Part shown: positions 45,344 to 57,193 of the stretch, in pieces
Layout of the letters: each line of letters starts with the position of its first letter
Numbering within the stretch: position 1 is the first letter of the stretch
Origin: an uncultured Verrucomicrobiae bacterium
GTDB taxonomy: Bacteria; Verrucomicrobiota; Verrucomicrobiia; Limisphaerales; JAFGQR01
Direction: 5' to 3'
NCBI GenBank assembly: GCA_963788655.1
Contig: CAWBHS010000076.1
Coordinates: forward strand, 154,729 to 218,728
DNA length: 64,000 nt
Translations under genes and position numbers: made by a program
The notes under the pieces: model-generated
Database searches by the model: none
Told to the model about the DNA's origin: nothing
Seen by the model: only the letters and a program-made list of their open reading frames with translations

Positions 45344-47137
45344 CTATCTCAGTGGCCACAGCAAGGGAATTAAAAGCGTGGCGGCGGCCCAGAGGATCAC
45401 ATTGAGCGGGAGCCCGATCCGGGGGAAGTCGGTGAATTTGTAGCCGCCCGCACCATAAACGTAGGTGTTGGTCTGATAGCCAATGGGCGTCGCAAAACTG
45501 GCGCTGGCGCCGAACATGATGGCCACCACAAAGGGACGCGGATCGACCCCCATCTCGAGGGCGACGCGGATGGCAATGGGGGTCAGCAGAATCGCCACGG
45601 CATTGTTGGTGACGAACTCGGTCAGCACCGACGCCAACAAGTAGGTTACCGACAACACCGCCACCGGGCCGAGCGGTTTGAACAGCGACGTCAGGTGTTG
45701 CGCCAGCGCCAGCGCCGTGCCGGAATTCTCCATGGCCTTGCCCAGTCCCAGCATGCCGAAGATGAGGAAGACAATTTTCCACTCGACGGCCCGATAGGCT
45801 TCCGCAGGATCGACGCAGCGCGACAGAACAACGGTCACGGCGGCGATGATCGCCAGCGATACAATCGGCAGCACATTGAACGCCGCCAGCATCATGACCG
45901 CCAGAATGGCGCCGATGGCAATGGGGGCTTTACCGCGGCGAAAGGCTTTTTGGCGGGGCTCAGTCAGGCTCAGAAAATCCCGTTCTTCCGAGAGGCGATT
46001 GATGCTTTCCGGCGGGCCTTCCACCAGCAGGGTATCGCCGAATTCGAGCCGGATGCCCTCGAAGTTTTCCTGCAAGTTTACCCCCTGGCGGTGGACGGCC
46101 AGGATGATTACGCCGTAGCGCTGCCGAAAGTTCATTTCGCGCAACGTGTGTCCCACGAACAACGATTGCGGACCGATGATTCCTTCCATGAGAATCGCCG
46201 AACTGGTTTGGACGTTCTTTAGCCCAAGCTCGGCGTCGGGACCGGTCAATTCGATGCCGGCGGTTTCCTTGATTTCGGCGACGCCGGCGGTGTGCGTTTT
46301 CAGCAGTAACTGGTCGCCGGCGGCGAAGACCAGTTGGTCGAGCGGTTGGGACAGCGGCTCACCCTGTCGGCGCACTTCAATGATGCGGGTGGCCTTATTT
46401 CGGGCGAGCGGGGTTTCGGTCAAGCGTTTGCCCACCAGCGGGGAGGCCCCGCTGATCATGGCTTGCGTCAGGAATTGGCGGCGATCGTTGGGGGCGAGGA
46501 GGGTGGAAAGAGTTTCGCGTTCGGGCAACAGTTTGTGGCCGAAGGCCAGCAGATAGACCACGCCGATTACGGAGTAGCACAAGCCCATTTTGGTGATCTC
46601 GAAGATGCCGAACGGCGCCAGCCCGTGCTGCCGCGCGACGCCGTCCACCAGCAGGTTCGTGGACGTGCCGATGAGCGTCATCGTGCCGCCCAATATGGCC
46701 GCAAAGGAAAGCGGGATGAGCAGGCGTGAAGCCTTAAGGTTGGTGCTCCGAGAGAGACTGATCACAATCGGCAGAAAGACCACCACCACCGGAGTATTGT
46801 TCACGCAGGCGGAGAGTGGCAGGACGAGGGCAATTAACACGGCCAACACCCGGAATTCGCTCTGGCCGGCAATATGCGTGAACAGCCGCCCCATGACATC
46901 CAGTGCGCCGGTACGTTCCAGCGCGGCACTGAGAATGAACATGCAGCCAATGGTGATCGGGGCGTTGTTGCTAAAGATTTTCAGGACCTCGTCGGTCTTC
47001 AGAATCCCCGTAACAATCAATACGGCCAGGGCGCCCATGGCCACCAGGTCAGGCGGAAACCATTCACGGATGAAGGCGACAAACACCGCCACCACCAGCA
47101 GGCTGACCACTACCATTTGAAACGTATCCCATGTCAT
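45344..47137 (-). CDS. SLC13-family permease with two TrkA-C domains
   Basis: [21 protein letters not shown], two RCK_C segments, EFVTNNA and [11 protein letters not shown] motifs. Confidence 0.93.
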   Translation of the reverse strand: MTWDTFQMVVVSLLVVAVFVAFIREWFPPDLVAMGALAVLIVTGILKTDEVLKIFSNNAPITIGCMFILSAALERTGALDVMGRLFTHIAGQSEFRVLAVLIALVLPLSACVNNTPVVVVFLPIVISLSRSTNLKASRLLIPLSFAAILGGTMTLIGTSTNLLVDGVARQHGLAPFGIFEITKMGLCYSVIGVVYLLAFGHKLLPERETLSTLLAPNDRRQFLTQAMISGASPLVGKRLTETPLARNKATRIIEVRRQGEPLSQPLDQLVFAAGDQLLLKTHTAGVAEIKETAGIELTGPDAELGLKNVQTSSAILMEGIIGPQSLFVGHTLREMNFRQRYGVIILAVHRQGVNLQENFEGIRLEFGDTLLVEGPPESINRLSEERDFLSLTEPRQKAFRRGKAPIAIGAILAVMMLAAFNVLPIVSLAIIAAVTVVLSRCVDPAEAYRAVEWKIVFLIFGMLGLGKAMENSGTALALAQHLTSLFKPLGPVAVLSVTYLLASVLTEFVTNNAVAILLTPIAIRVALEMGVDPRPFVVAIMFGASASFATPIGYQTNTYVYGAGGYKFTDFPRIGLPLNVILWAAATLLIPLLWPLR

Positions 47138-47250
47138 GCGCCGGATGTGTTCTTTAAACGCCGGATAGGAGACAGGTTTCGGGCGGATTCGTAAAGTACG
47201 GAACGAGGGACAGGATGCGCGCTGCTGGTTACCGGAAGCCCCTTCGGGAC

Positions 47251-47317
47251 GAATGACCAATGCCCAATGACGCAAAGACCAAAGAATGTCCAAGGTCCAA
47301 AGGCCAAGGCCCAAGCC
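47251..47317. repeat. Degenerate heptamer tandem tract
   Basis: aatgacc aatgccc aatgacg caaagac caaagaa tgtccaa ggtccaa aggccaa ggcccaa. Confidence 0.65.
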
Positions 47318-47575
47318 ATTCAGAGCAGCATGAGTTTCAGTGTGCCATCCCCGCGTATGGCGGGCAGTTTGCCGGTGGTTTCCACCGTGATCCCCGGCGT
47401 GCGCAAGCTGCGGAATGCCGCAGCCAGTTGCCCCGGGTCGGATAGCCAGTTGTTCGCGCATGCCCCCCGCCAAGCCCTCGCCAACGTGCCATCGTCCATG
47501 GCTGGAAGTGTCCCTGGAGTCGAGCTGCTGCTTTGTGCTTGTGTCAAGACGCAGCCGGCGCGGATAACTACCCCC

Positions 47576-49303
47576 ATGAAACCACGTCATTACCGCAGCA
47601 TACCCCTGGTTCTCCTGGCTTCCTGTTCCTGGCTCCTGGCCCAACCGGCGCCGTCGGAGGTTCCTTTCACTTTCCAGAAAAACCTCATGGCGCCGATGCG
47701 GGACGGCACCCAACTCGCGGCGAACATTTTCCTCCCCAAGGAAGGCGGACCCTTTCCCGTCATCTTGATGCGCACTCCCTACGGCAAAGGCGACGCGCGG
47801 TTCGGCGAAGCGCGACGTTATTGTCCGGCGGGCTATGCGATGGTCATCCAGGACTGCCGCGGGCGCGGCGATTCGCAAGGCACCTGGGATCCGTTTCGTT
47901 ACGATGTCGCGGATGGTTTCGACACTCAGGAATGGGTTGGGCATCAGCCATGGTGCAACGGCCGGATTGGCACCGCGGGCGGCTCTTACGTGGGTTGGAC
48001 TCAATGGGCGGCCGCGTCGGGTGGCAGCCGGTTCCTCACGTGCATGGCGCCAGTAGTGCCCTTCAGCGATGTGTATCGGGAAATCCTATATCCGGGCGGC
48101 GCCTTTCAACTTTCGCTCGCCTTCGGCTGGGGCGCCGGGGTGGGCGGACTCAACATTGACCGGACCAAATTAAACGATGCTTTCAAATACCTGCCTTTGC
48201 GTTCGTGGGACGAACAGGGGGACCGCCGAGTCTTCTTCCTGCGCGACTGGGTGGCGCATCCTACTTACGATGATTATTGGCGGGCGCGCAGTATCGACGA
48301 CCGTTTTTCGCAAATCACCGTTCCCGTGCTCAACATCGGAGGCTGGTATGACATTTTTTCCAAGCCCGTCCTTGATGACGTCGAGCGGGTGCGGCACCGC
48401 TCGACGAATCGTCTGGCCCGCCGCAACGTCTTGGTGGTGGTAGGCCCGTGGGGCCATGGGGCGGGAGGCAGGAAGCTCGGGGAAATGGATTTTGGCCCGG
48501 ATGCCCGGCTTGACCTGGGACAGCTCCAGTTCCAGTGGTTTGAATACTGGCTTAAGGAGAAAGAAACCGGCGTGGAGAATTGGCCGGCCATCCGCCTCTT
48601 TGTGATGGGCGAGAATTTGTGGCGCAACGAGCACGAGTGGCCCCTGGCCCGCACGCGGTACACGCGTTGGTATTTGCACAGCGGCGGCCAAGCCAACCGG
48701 CGCACGGGCGATGGCCGCCTCAGTGTCGCGATGCCGGAAACCGAAACGCCGGACCGGTTCGAATATGATCCGGCAAATCCCGTTCCCACCAAAGGCGGCA
48801 ACAACCTCATCGGCCCGCCGGCAGGACCATTTGACCAAAGCACCACCGAGGATCGGCCCGATGTGTTGGTTTACACGTCGGCGCCGTTGGGACAGGCGCT
48901 GGAAGTAACCGGCCCGGTTAAAGCCATTCTATACGCCGCCTCGAGTGCGTCGGATACGGATTTCACGGCCAAGCTGGTGGACGTGCATCCGGATGGTCGG
49001 GCGTTCAACTTGTGCGACGGCATCATTCGCGCGCGCTACCGCGAGTCCTTCACCCAACCAACGCTCATCAAGCCGGGGAAAACGTATCGCTACGAAATCG
49101 ATCTCTGGGTGACGAGCAACCTGTTCCCCGCCGGGCACCGCATTCGGGTGGAAATCTCGAGCAGCAACTTCCCGAGGTTTGACCGCAATCCGAACACCGG
49201 ACACGACTTCGGCGGCGATGCCGAACTGGCGAAGGCTGAGCAAACTATCTTTCACGATGCCCAACAGGCGTCGCACCTTTTGTTGCCAATAATTCCGCGG
49301 TGA
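47576..49303 (+). CDS. CocE/NonD (peptidase S15) family hydrolase
   Basis: [27 protein letters not shown], nucleophile motif GGSYVG, GGWYD, GPWGH and [11 protein letters not shown]. Confidence 0.94.
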   Translation: MKPRHYRSIPLVLLASCSWLLAQPAPSEVPFTFQKNLMAPMRDGTQLAANIFLPKEGGPFPVILMRTPYGKGDARFGEARRYCPAGYAMVIQDCRGRGDSQGTWDPFRYDVADGFDTQEWVGHQPWCNGRIGTAGGSYVGWTQWAAASGGSRFLTCMAPVVPFSDVYREILYPGGAFQLSLAFGWGAGVGGLNIDRTKLNDAFKYLPLRSWDEQGDRRVFFLRDWVAHPTYDDYWRARSIDDRFSQITVPVLNIGGWYDIFSKPVLDDVERVRHRSTNRLARRNVLVVVGPWGHGAGGRKLGEMDFGPDARLDLGQLQFQWFEYWLKEKETGVENWPAIRLFVMGENLWRNEHEWPLARTRYTRWYLHSGGQANRRTGDGRLSVAMPETETPDRFEYDPANPVPTKGGNNLIGPPAGPFDQSTTEDRPDVLVYTSAPLGQALEVTGPVKAILYAASSASDTDFTAKLVDVHPDGRAFNLCDGIIRARYRESFTQPTLIKPGKTYRYEIDLWVTSNLFPAGHRIRVEISSSNFPRFDRNPNTGHDFGGDAELAKAEQTIFHDAQQASHLLLPIIPR

Positions 49304-49430
49304 ATAGAAAAGATAAGGCGAGGGGTTCAGCGTTTTCGATCTCGCCGCCGGGCAAAGGGGGGAGTAATTGCGGTGGACCCGCAGTTGCCAGATTCAGCAT
49401 ATCACCCCGGTCGGCGGTGTAGCCTTGGGG

Positions 49431-51125
49431 TCAGAATGGACGGGAACCAACGACTTGGGAAAGCACTACCTCGCCGCCTGTCGTGACGATCCGGCCGGCT
49501 TTGAGTTCAAGCACGTGAGTGATGCACTGCGGCATTTCATCGGGGTGATGCGTCACAAAAATGAGGCTGGCCCCGGCCCGTTGCACGAGATGATCGACGG
49601 CGGATAAAACGGCCTGGCGATGCCCCCGGTCCAATCCTTGGCAGAGTTCATCGAGGATGAGCAAGCGCGGCTGCTTGACCACCGCCCGCGCCAGCAACAC
49701 CAGCCGTTGCTGTCCCGCGGATAGCTCGCCAAAACTTTCATCGGCCAAATTCGCCACTCCCAGTTCATCCAGCCAATGCCGGGCGATGGCTTGCTGGTGG
49801 CGAGAACAACGTTGAAAGAGCCCCAACGTATTGAAGAAACCGGAGCACACCACTTCGAGGTTTTGCCACTCGACGGGATAGTGCAGGTGCAGTTCGGGAG
49901 AAACCCAGCCCATTTGCTGCCGCCATTGCCAGACGGTTTGGGTCGAATCCGATTTGCCGCCGAACAGCCGGATGTCCTGGGCGTAGGCCTGCGGATGGTC
50001 ACCCTGGAGCAGGTTGAGCAACGTGGTTTTACCGGCGCCGTTCGCACCAAGCAATGCCCAGTGTTCGCCGCGCCGCATCCGCCATGTTACATCGTCCAGA
50101 ATCCGCTTGCGCCCGGCTTCGATGGTCACGTGGTTCAATTCCACGACCGGCGCCGAACGAGTGACAGTCTTCCGGCCAGTCAAGCGTGGCGATGGTCGCG
50201 CTGCCGACGGACTTGCCTTGATTGGTGCCGCGGCACGAAGTAGCACCGGATGAGTGTGGACTGTGCCCCGAGGACCTTGCGCGATGATCCGATAGCGGTC
50301 CGCCACTAACAGATGCGTCGTTGCCGGTGGCAGTTCGTCGATCCGGTTGGTGATAATCAACACGGGCAGGCCTTGTTGCATGAGCCGCCGAATCACCTTC
50401 CGCAATTCATCGCGAGAGGCGCGATCCAATCCGGCGTACGGATCGTCTAAAATCAATAAACGCGGAAATCGCAACAGCGCCTCCACCAGCAGCACCTTGC
50501 GCAGTTCGCCATTTGACAAATGGATGATCTTCCGGCGCCACAAGTGCGCAATGTCCAGCTCGCGCAAGAATAGACGGCGCTGCGTCTGGAAACGGCGCGC
50601 GTTCGCCGGCCGTTGCCGAACTTCAAAAGGATTGATCCGCTCGACACTCGCTTGCGCCAAAAACTGCGCCACGGTTCGCTGGCCTTCGTCAATGCCGCTG
50701 TGCCACCGAGATTGGTAAAAGGAGCTTTCCTGGATCATTAACTCGCGTTGCGCGTGCGGCGAAACCAACGCAATCCTTTCAACGGACGACTCGCTGATCG
50801 GTTCCCCTGCCTCCCCATCGTCCAAGCAGTATCGAATTTCTCCGCGCACCACCGGCACCTGTTCGATCAGCGCGAGTGCCAGCAACGATTTACCGGAGCC
50901 GTTGGGTCCCACCAGCGCCCATTGCTCTCCGCGTCGCCAGCGCCAGGAGGTATGCGGAAATACCAACCGCTCGCTCCAGCGGAGGGTCACGTGATCGAAG
51001 ACCAGCCAATCGTGCGCGGGCTGTTCCCGCGGGGCAGCTAAATCGCTTTTTCGGCGAGAACTACTTGGAGTGCGGATGGCTTCATTCGCGAGTTCGACGC
51101 AGGCCGATCGCGCGGATGAGGGCAT
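49431..51125 (-). CDS. Dual-domain ABC ATP-binding protein, ModF-like
   Basis: Two Walker A motifs (GPNGSGKS, GANGAGKT), signatures LSNGE and LSAGQ, and GWVSPELH. Start uncertain. Confidence 0.88.
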   Translation of the reverse strand: MPSSARSACVELANEAIRTPSSSRRKSDLAAPREQPAHDWLVFDHVTLRWSERLVFPHTSWRWRRGEQWALVGPNGSGKSLLALALIEQVPVVRGEIRYCLDDGEAGEPISESSVERIALVSPHAQRELMIQESSFYQSRWHSGIDEGQRTVAQFLAQASVERINPFEVRQRPANARRFQTQRRLFLRELDIAHLWRRKIIHLSNGELRKVLLVEALLRFPRLLILDDPYAGLDRASRDELRKVIRRLMQQGLPVLIITNRIDELPPATTHLLVADRYRIIAQGPRGTVHTHPVLLRAAAPIKASPSAARPSPRLTGRKTVTRSAPVVELNHVTIEAGRKRILDDVTWRMRRGEHWALLGANGAGKTTLLNLLQGDHPQAYAQDIRLFGGKSDSTQTVWQWRQQMGWVSPELHLHYPVEWQNLEVVCSGFFNTLGLFQRCSRHQQAIARHWLDELGVANLADESFGELSAGQQRLVLLARAVVKQPRLLILDELCQGLDRGHRQAVLSAVDHLVQRAGASLIFVTHHPDEMPQCITHVLELKAGRIVTTGGEVVLSQVVGSRPF

Positions 51126-51222
51126 CCGCGCTCCGGCCCGTTGGACATAGCCATTCGCGAGGTGATAAGCCGGCGACCGTTTCCTGCGGGATTGCTTCAC
51201 GAAGCTGTCCTGGCACCGCTCT

Positions 51223-52159
51223 TCAAAAAACCACCGGCACCCCTTCGTCCAGAATGCGGAGGTGATGACTGAGCCCTTCGCGATCCGCAATATTCGTCAG
51301 CCAGCGTGGCGGTTCGTCCATATCTTCAAAGGCCAGCCGGAAATGGCCGAAGTGCATCGGCACAAACCACTGCGCGGCGAGATCGCGGAACGCGCGCATG
51401 GCTTCATCCGGTCCCATGTGCATGCGGCGAAAGGTTTCGGGGTGATAAGCGCCAATGGGGAGCAACGCGATTTCCGGCGCGCAACGTTGGCCAATCTCGG
51501 CGAAGCCGTCAAAATAGGCGCTGTCTCCCGCGTGGTAAATCCGGCGGCCCTGGTATTCCAACACAAAGCCGCCATAGCCGCGGTGCTGATCACGCAATGT
51601 GCGCGCGCCCCAGTGCTTGCCGGGGGTGAGCGTAACCTTCCATTCGCCGTGCGCGAAGCTTTCCCAAGTCTGCAATTCAATGATGCGCGTGAAGCCCAGA
51701 TTCTTGGCCAGATCGCCCACGCCCCAGGGCATCACGCCAATTTTAGGCGCCGGCAGTTTGCGCAACGTGGGTTTGTGGAAGTGGTCAAAGTGCGCGTGCG
51801 TCAACAACACGACGTTCGATGGGTGGCAAATCACGCAACCGCAGCCCCGTGCGTTTGATGCGCTTGAGCAAGAAGAGCCAGTTGGCAAAGTTTGGATCCA
51901 CCAGCACGTTCAGATCATCGAATTGAATCAGAAACGACGCGTGGCCAATCCACGTCAGCGCCACGTGCCCGTGCTTGAGCGCGGGGAACATCGGGCGCTT
52001 GTGTTTGCCGATGCGGCGGGTGAGCAGGGCTTTCCAGACGAGTTCGTAAAAAAATTTGCGCGGCTTGAAGTGATGGCTCGGCGTCAGTTCCTTGAAGGAA
52101 CGCGGCAGGCGGCGGCGCGCGGGGCCGCGTTGGTTTGGATTGTCGTTGTTACGTCTCAT
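51223..52159 (-). CDS. MBL-fold metallo-hydrolase (Lactamase_B_2); frameshift near 51817
   Basis: TWIGHASFLI..VDP joined to VLLTHAHFDH, HWG, YHAGDS, LPIGAY, HMGP and PMHFG; one extra A in ATC GAA CGT. Confidence 0.88.
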
Positions 52160-52256
52160 TTGCAATCGCAGACTCGTGGCAGATTGATAACGCAGCCGTG
52201 AATAAAACACAACTCCCTCGGGTCGAATTGCCAGAGTCTCAAACGAAAGGCTTGTT

Positions 52257-52676
52257 ATGAAAAAAACAATTGCAGCAATCGCAGTTCTGACTCTGGCCGC
52301 CACTGGTGCGACCACTACGCTGGCGGGCGTCGCCGTATCCGTGGGCGTTTCTGTTGGCGGCATTTCGGCCGCCGTTGTTACCGCGCCTCATGGCCGCGTG
52401 GCGTCTGCCGTGTCATTCGGTGTGCCCATCTATGTAAATCCGGCGCCGGTTTATGTGCCGCCCGCGCCTGTGGTGGTGCAGGCCGCTCCGGTCTATGTGG
52501 CGCAACCGGTCTATGTGGCGCCGGCCCGCGTCTTCGTGGCGCCGCGGCCTGTGATTGTGGCACCGAGGCCCGTTTGCGTGCCAGTTCGCCCGGTGGTTCG
52601 CGCCCCGTTGATTCATGTGGGATTCGGCATCGGATTGGGCCACGGTCGCGGTCATCATGTGCGGCATTGGCGGTAG
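52257..52676 (+). CDS. Small secreted Pro/Val-rich protein
   Basis: Signal peptide MKKTIAAIAVLTLA, repeated APVYV/APRPV units and a His/Gly-rich tail. Confidence 0.75.
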   Translation: MKKTIAAIAVLTLAATGATTTLAGVAVSVGVSVGGISAAVVTAPHGRVASAVSFGVPIYVNPAPVYVPPAPVVVQAAPVYVAQPVYVAPARVFVAPRPVIVAPRPVCVPVRPVVRAPLIHVGFGIGLGHGRGHHVRHWR

Positions 52677-52943
52677 GCGCATAACGTGGTTTGTATGGTT
52701 CCGCACCAGAACGCCGGAGCTTGACCATCACTTCTAATCCGCGGCTTGGTTTTCAGCCAGGCCGCTTTTTTCCAAACTGGTGACACCGTGGCCTTTGACA
52801 TGAGGCTCTGGTTTCCCGGCAATAGGACGCCACCAGATCCGCATGGTACGAACCTCGGGTTACGAGAATACCCGCTCACTCTTCTCCTTGTTTCCCCTCG
52901 GAACATCCGTGATTGGGGCCAGTCTTAAATCGGTGTGCGCATT

Positions 52944-53088
52944 CGCGTCAGCGTTTGGAGTGCGCCCGGCTTGCCGGCGCTTTCGTGAGGAAAACGAGAG
53001 CCAAAGATCTTCGTGCGATTCATTCTTTTGTGGACAGCCTGCTTCAAACGCAAGCGGGAGCAAGCTCCACGCACCAAACGCTTCGCGA
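52944..53088. repeat. REPIN-like inverted pair, family A, copy 3
   Basis: gcgtttggagtgcgcccggcttgccggcgcttt ... aagcgggagcaagctccacgcaccaaacgcttcgcg. Confidence 0.75.
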
Positions 53089-53132
53089 TCTTCAAAGGTC
53101 ATTCACAAAACCCGCTCCCCCCAACTCGGCCA

Positions 53133-54026
53133 TCAACAAAGTTGTCCCTCGCATCGGAGCCGTTTGATTTCCGCCGCATAGCCTTCGCGGAAGGTCGGAT
53201 ACTTGAACTGGTAACCCAATTCGGTTTTCAGCTTTTGGTTGGAAATCCGTTTGTTCGTGAGCGCGCGTTTGCGTTGGGACGTTGCCGGTGCGGTGGTCAA
53301 TTGCGGCATCGGACGTCCCAATTTATTGGAGAGCCATTGGAAGAAATCGCGGTGAGTTACGGGCTCGTCATCCACGGCATTATAGACTTCGCCGATCCGG
53401 CCACGCTCCAGAGCGGCAATGAGGCAGCCAACCAGGTCATCGCGATGAATCATATTGCTGAGACGCTGCCCCCCATCCGTTAAGGTGGCCTCGTTGTTCA
53501 AATACTGTTTGAACAAGTGGCCGCGTCCCGCTCCGTAAATACCCGCCACGCGCAAAATGACGGACGGAAAATGTTCCTCGCGGGCTGCTTCCAAAGCGAC
53601 GCGCTCGGTTTCCAGCAACACCTGACTGGTGGCGGATTGCGGCTCGGTGGGACTGTTCTCAGTCACCATCGTTCCATCCTCCTGCCCATACACACTGGTG
53701 CTACTGGTGTACACAAACTTCTGCGGCATCGCGCGGCATAGCCACGCGACGAGCACGCCCATGCCGCCCAAATAAACGGCGCGGTAGTCCTCCACTCCTC
53801 CACGGGACGAGGACACCGTGTTGACGACCCAGTCAAACGGGTTCGGCAGTTTGTCCAAATCGGTGGACCGGGTGATGTCGCCAATTTGCGGGTGCAGTCC
53901 GGCTGCTCGCATCGTGGCCGCGCCTTCGGCAGTGCGCCGCAAGCCATAGACCTCATGGCCCCGACGCGCCAACTCGGTTCCGAGGGACAGTCCGACATAG
54001 CCGCACCCAACGATCAGCGTCTTCAT
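53133..54026 (-). CDS. NAD-dependent epimerase/dehydratase (atypical SDR)
   Basis: MKTLIVGCGYVG, YTSSTSVYG, LRVAGIYG, IHRDDL and YPTFREG motifs. Confidence 0.92.
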   Translation of the reverse strand: MKTLIVGCGYVGLSLGTELARRGHEVYGLRRTAEGAATMRAAGLHPQIGDITRSTDLDKLPNPFDWVVNTVSSSRGGVEDYRAVYLGGMGVLVAWLCRAMPQKFVYTSSTSVYGQEDGTMVTENSPTEPQSATSQVLLETERVALEAAREEHFPSVILRVAGIYGAGRGHLFKQYLNNEATLTDGGQRLSNMIHRDDLVGCLIAALERGRIGEVYNAVDDEPVTHRDFFQWLSNKLGRPMPQLTTAPATSQRKRALTNKRISNQKLKTELGYQFKYPTFREGYAAEIKRLRCEGQLC

Positions 54027-54276
54027 GCGCTCAAGGTAGCTATCGTTCGCCAGTCCCGCCATTGTTTACCATGGTAAAAGGCCTTGGCTTTGTGCCAGGT
54101 TGAGCATGCACCCCGAAGTACCCAGCAACGTGCTGCCGGCGTCTCGCCGGCAGAACCAAATACAGATGCAACGTGTTGCTTCGGCAAGCATGCGGGGGCC
54201 GTAAAAACCTCCCGGCGAGCCCTCAGCGCGGCATCCGGCCGCCGGGCGGCCCTATCGCGATCTCACGCAGGCTGCC

Positions 54277-55872
54277 TCAGCCGGTATCGGGGGGAGACAG
54301 CGCCTGCTCGTAATTCCAGGGGAGCCACCGGGTCGGATGCTCCAGCGCTTCTTTGGCGTGGCGTTGGAGGGCGTTGAGATAATCCAGTGGATTGGCGGCG
54401 CATAGTCGGCAGGTGTGGATCAAGCTCATGAACCTATCGCCCAATCGGGCGCCGTTCTGAGTCTTGTAGCCCATCGAGTTTTTCCGGTGGAGAATGGCCA
54501 TTTTGAGCGCGCGTTCGCAGATATTGTTATCCAGGGGCGCCCCGGCTTGGCGCAGGAATAGGGTCAAAGGCTCCCAGTGTCTGAGCATGTAGCCGAACGC
54601 CTGACCCAGTCCGGAGTTAGGTTCCACCAATTTCTGCTCCAACCGTTGGCGCATCCACTGATGGAGTTCGTCCATGATTTTCTGACTGTGCTCCTGGTGG
54701 AACCGAAGCCGGGCCTCGGGCGAGAGCCCGGCTTTCTTGGCCTGCGCCTCGTGTTGGTAAACCTCGCCCAGACGTTCCAACACGTGCTGGCATTCCTGCG
54801 GGAAGTTTTGGGCGAGGTCGACAAACTGCCGTCGGCCATGGCTCAAACAGTGGGCGAGGAGGCTCTGGAACTCCTTGGAGGGGTTGCGCGAGAGCGCGTC
54901 GCACATCTGGATGGGGGGTGAGGAGTGGGCGGCGCGGCGAGCGAGCAACTGGTCCAGGTTTTCGCCGGCGTGACGATGTCCGGTCACAAACAGCGCGATC
55001 GTGTGGTCCGCGACCTGGGAGATGAGGCCGGTGGTGAAGATCCCGGTGCGCTCTGGCCTCTCAGCGGCCGGGTCAGCATCCCGGGTCAGGCTTTGCACCC
55101 GCAGGGTGGTGTCGTCGTTGTGGATCACCTTGCCTTGAGCGGCCAGCGTGATCAAAGCCTCATGCACCGGTTCGAGCGCTTGGCCGGCTTGGGCCATGAG
55201 TTCCCATTGCGTCGAGGCCGGCAGACGCACGCCCAGGTCGGCCTGCATTCGGTCCAACCGGTAGTGGGGCACGCCCGTGCCAAAGCGCAAATACCCCAGC
55301 ATGGAGCCGACCTGCGGATCATATTTGCTCAGCCCCGCTTCCTTGGGGGCCGGGGCGGTGAAGAGCTGGCCGCAGAGGCTGCAGCGTAGCTTCTCCAGTT
55401 CGAACCGGGTCGCGGCAAACAACGGTTGGGCGGTAATGCGCACCAGTTGTCCGAGCTGTTTGAGCGCGGAGAGTTTGCCTTTTTTGCAGCCGGGACAAGC
55501 ATCGCCCGGGCGGAGTTGCGGAGGGGGCACCCGCACCCGTTTAGCTCCGGGGTAGCCTGCCGCGGCCGTGCGGCCGTGGCCGTGGCGCTTGGGCCGAGGT
55601 GCGGCTGCCGTTGCGGGGGGTTGGGAACTGGCAGGCGGCGGCGGAAAGAGTTGCTGGGTCTTTTCGGTTTCCGCACCGAAGATCAGTCGCTGGAGCCGGC
55701 TCAGGCTGGTCTGCTTGGCCTCGATGACTCCCATGACCCAGTGGAGGGTGCGCAAGGACTTCGCGACCAACTGGTACATCTCCGCCGGCAACAGCCCCGC
55801 CAACTTGGCCAGCAACTCTTCCAGTTGCGTGGGGCTCAGCGTGATGATCTCCGGAGCACGGTTCTTAGCCAC
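54277..55872 (-). CDS. tnpC: IS66-family DDE transposase TnpC
   Basis: Leucine-zipper region with RLIFGAETEK, zinc finger CPGC..CSLC, HNDDT, MCDA, CLSHGRRQF, PLDNNICERALK...RKNS and SLIHTC...NPLDYL. Confidence 0.92.
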   Translation of the reverse strand: MAKNRAPEIITLSPTQLEELLAKLAGLLPAEMYQLVAKSLRTLHWVMGVIEAKQTSLSRLQRLIFGAETEKTQQLFPPPPASSQPPATAAAPRPKRHGHGRTAAAGYPGAKRVRVPPPQLRPGDACPGCKKGKLSALKQLGQLVRITAQPLFAATRFELEKLRCSLCGQLFTAPAPKEAGLSKYDPQVGSMLGYLRFGTGVPHYRLDRMQADLGVRLPASTQWELMAQAGQALEPVHEALITLAAQGKVIHNDDTTLRVQSLTRDADPAAERPERTGIFTTGLISQVADHTIALFVTGHRHAGENLDQLLARRAAHSSPPIQMCDALSRNPSKEFQSLLAHCLSHGRRQFVDLAQNFPQECQHVLERLGEVYQHEAQAKKAGLSPEARLRFHQEHSQKIMDELHQWMRQRLEQKLVEPNSGLGQAFGYMLRHWEPLTLFLRQAGAPLDNNICERALKMAILHRKNSMGYKTQNGARLGDRFMSLIHTCRLCAANPLDYLNALQRHAKEALEHPTRWLPWNYEQALSPPDTG

Positions 55873-56752
55873 AGCCCGCTCCGCAAAGTTGGCGGCGAAA
55901 GTCCGGCCGCAGCGGATAAGCCCACAACTGCTTGAGCGAGCGATTGGGCCGCTTGGTCTGATCGTCTTTGCCCCGCCCGGTGGTCAACCCCAGATAGAGC
56001 CAGTGGGCGGCCCGATAGCAGGTGCCGGCGAAGCGTTCCGGGTCGATAAACGTCTCCAGCAAGTAAACCGGATGCTCATAGAGCGCTTGCCAGTCGGCGG
56101 CAATCCGCCCCGCCAGCCGGGCCAATACATGGCTGGCCAAGCAGGGCACCTTCACCCAGGGCAGGATGAGAAAGCGGGTATTGTAGGCCAACAGGTGAAT
56201 CTGGGCTCGGCGTTGCGGGGCCGACCAACCGATGAAGCGGTCGCGCGCTCCCAGATGACGGGGAGCCGAAGACCAGGCCAAAGCAGCCACGGGTTGTCCC
56301 TGGGCGTAAATCAGGTATTTCAGATGCTCGCCGACCGGCCGGGTATAACCTAAGTAATGGTGGGCCTCCAGGAGGCTGCCGAAGAGTTTTTCGGCCGCCG
56401 TGCGTCGCACCTGGCGGATCTCCAACGCCCCCAACTGCGCCAAAGAACACGCCAACGGTGCGCTCACCCGCTCCGCTGGGCGCGTGGGGGCTCGGTGCTG
56501 CGTGGCATTGTTGGGTGGGCAAAACCGCTGCGCCGGCAGTCGAATGTGACCCGCTCGGTGCAACCCCAGCATCAGGCTCCGGGCGACCATGTCGCGCGGA
56601 CGGCCGTTGGGCTGCCTCCAGTTCCAGGCCGCACAGAGCTCGGCCGAGAGCCGCCGCCGACTTAAACCGGGATGAGCGGCGATCAACTGCCGGATAAATT
56701 CAATTTCCTGGGCGCTAACCTTGCGGCCCCGGTAAACAAACTCGTTCTGCAC
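55865..56752 (-). CDS. DUF4338 (Druantia DruA-like) protein inside the IS66 element
   Basis: HHYLGY..PVGEHLKY, RDRFIGW, NTRFLILPWVKVPCLASHVL, DW..LY..PVYLLETFID..RF.GTCYRAAHW..LG.T.GRG, plus an N-terminal SRRRLSAELC..WNW.QPNG segment. Confidence 0.85.
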   Translation of the reverse strand: MQNEFVYRGRKVSAQEIEFIRQLIAAHPGLSRRRLSAELCAAWNWRQPNGRPRDMVARSLMLGLHRAGHIRLPAQRFCPPNNATQHRAPTRPAERVSAPLACSLAQLGALEIRQVRRTAAEKLFGSLLEAHHYLGYTRPVGEHLKYLIYAQGQPVAALAWSSAPRHLGARDRFIGWSAPQRRAQIHLLAYNTRFLILPWVKVPCLASHVLARLAGRIAADWQALYEHPVYLLETFIDPERFAGTCYRAAHWLYLGLTTGRGKDDQTKRPNRSLKQLWAYPLRPDFRRQLCGAGCG

Positions 56753-56830
56753 GAGCGCCAGTTTAGGCGATCAAACATGGAACGCAAGCCCAAGGGTGAT
56801 GTTTTTTTCGCTCCAGCCCGGGGCGCTCAC

Positions 56831-57193
56831 TTAAGCTGCCGGGGCAATCGGCCGCCACCTCGGAGCGGCTTGGGCGTGGTTGGGGTGGCCGTTCCAGATC
56901 AGTAACTGGAGTTGATGCACCTCCAAACCCAAGGTGGGCTGCTGGCCCCCGCTGGGCCACCAGGCGAAGCGTCCCTGCGAAAGCCGTTTCTGGCAGAGCC
57001 AAAAACCTTGGCCGTCATACACGAGGATCTTCAGGGCGCGACGACGACGGTTGGAGAACACGAAGAGCGCGCCGGCCATCGGGTCCAGGTTAAGCCTCTG
57101 CCGGCAAACCTGCACCAGCCCGTCAATGCCTTTGCGAAAATCTACCGGCTCCACCGCCAGCAACAAGCGCATCTGCGGCGTGAGCTGAATCAT
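56831..57193 (-). CDS. tnpB: IS66 accessory protein TnpB
   Basis: PVDFRKGIDGL...GALFVFSNRRR..LKILVYDGQGFWLCQKRLSQGRFAW. Confidence 0.95.
   Translation of the reverse strand: MIQLTPQMRLLLAVEPVDFRKGIDGLVQVCRQRLNLDPMAGALFVFSNRRRRALKILVYDGQGFWLCQKRLSQGRFAWWPSGGQQPTLGLEVHQLQLLIWNGHPNHAQAAPRWRPIAPAA

Noticed and set aside
45344..49303. Long overlapping N-terminal extensions of the SLC13 (886 aa) and CocE (678 aa) ORFs
   Set aside because: The extensions are low-information read-through; plausible starts are at 47137 and 47576.
52740..52850. Possible BrnT/DUF4258-like toxin fragment (minus strand MRIWWRPIAGKPEPHVKGHGVT)
   Set aside because: Too short and too weak to support by eye.
55865..56752. 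Complete Druantia defence system
   Set aside because: Only a DUF4338 gene is present; there is no DruE helicase or other dru gene in the window.
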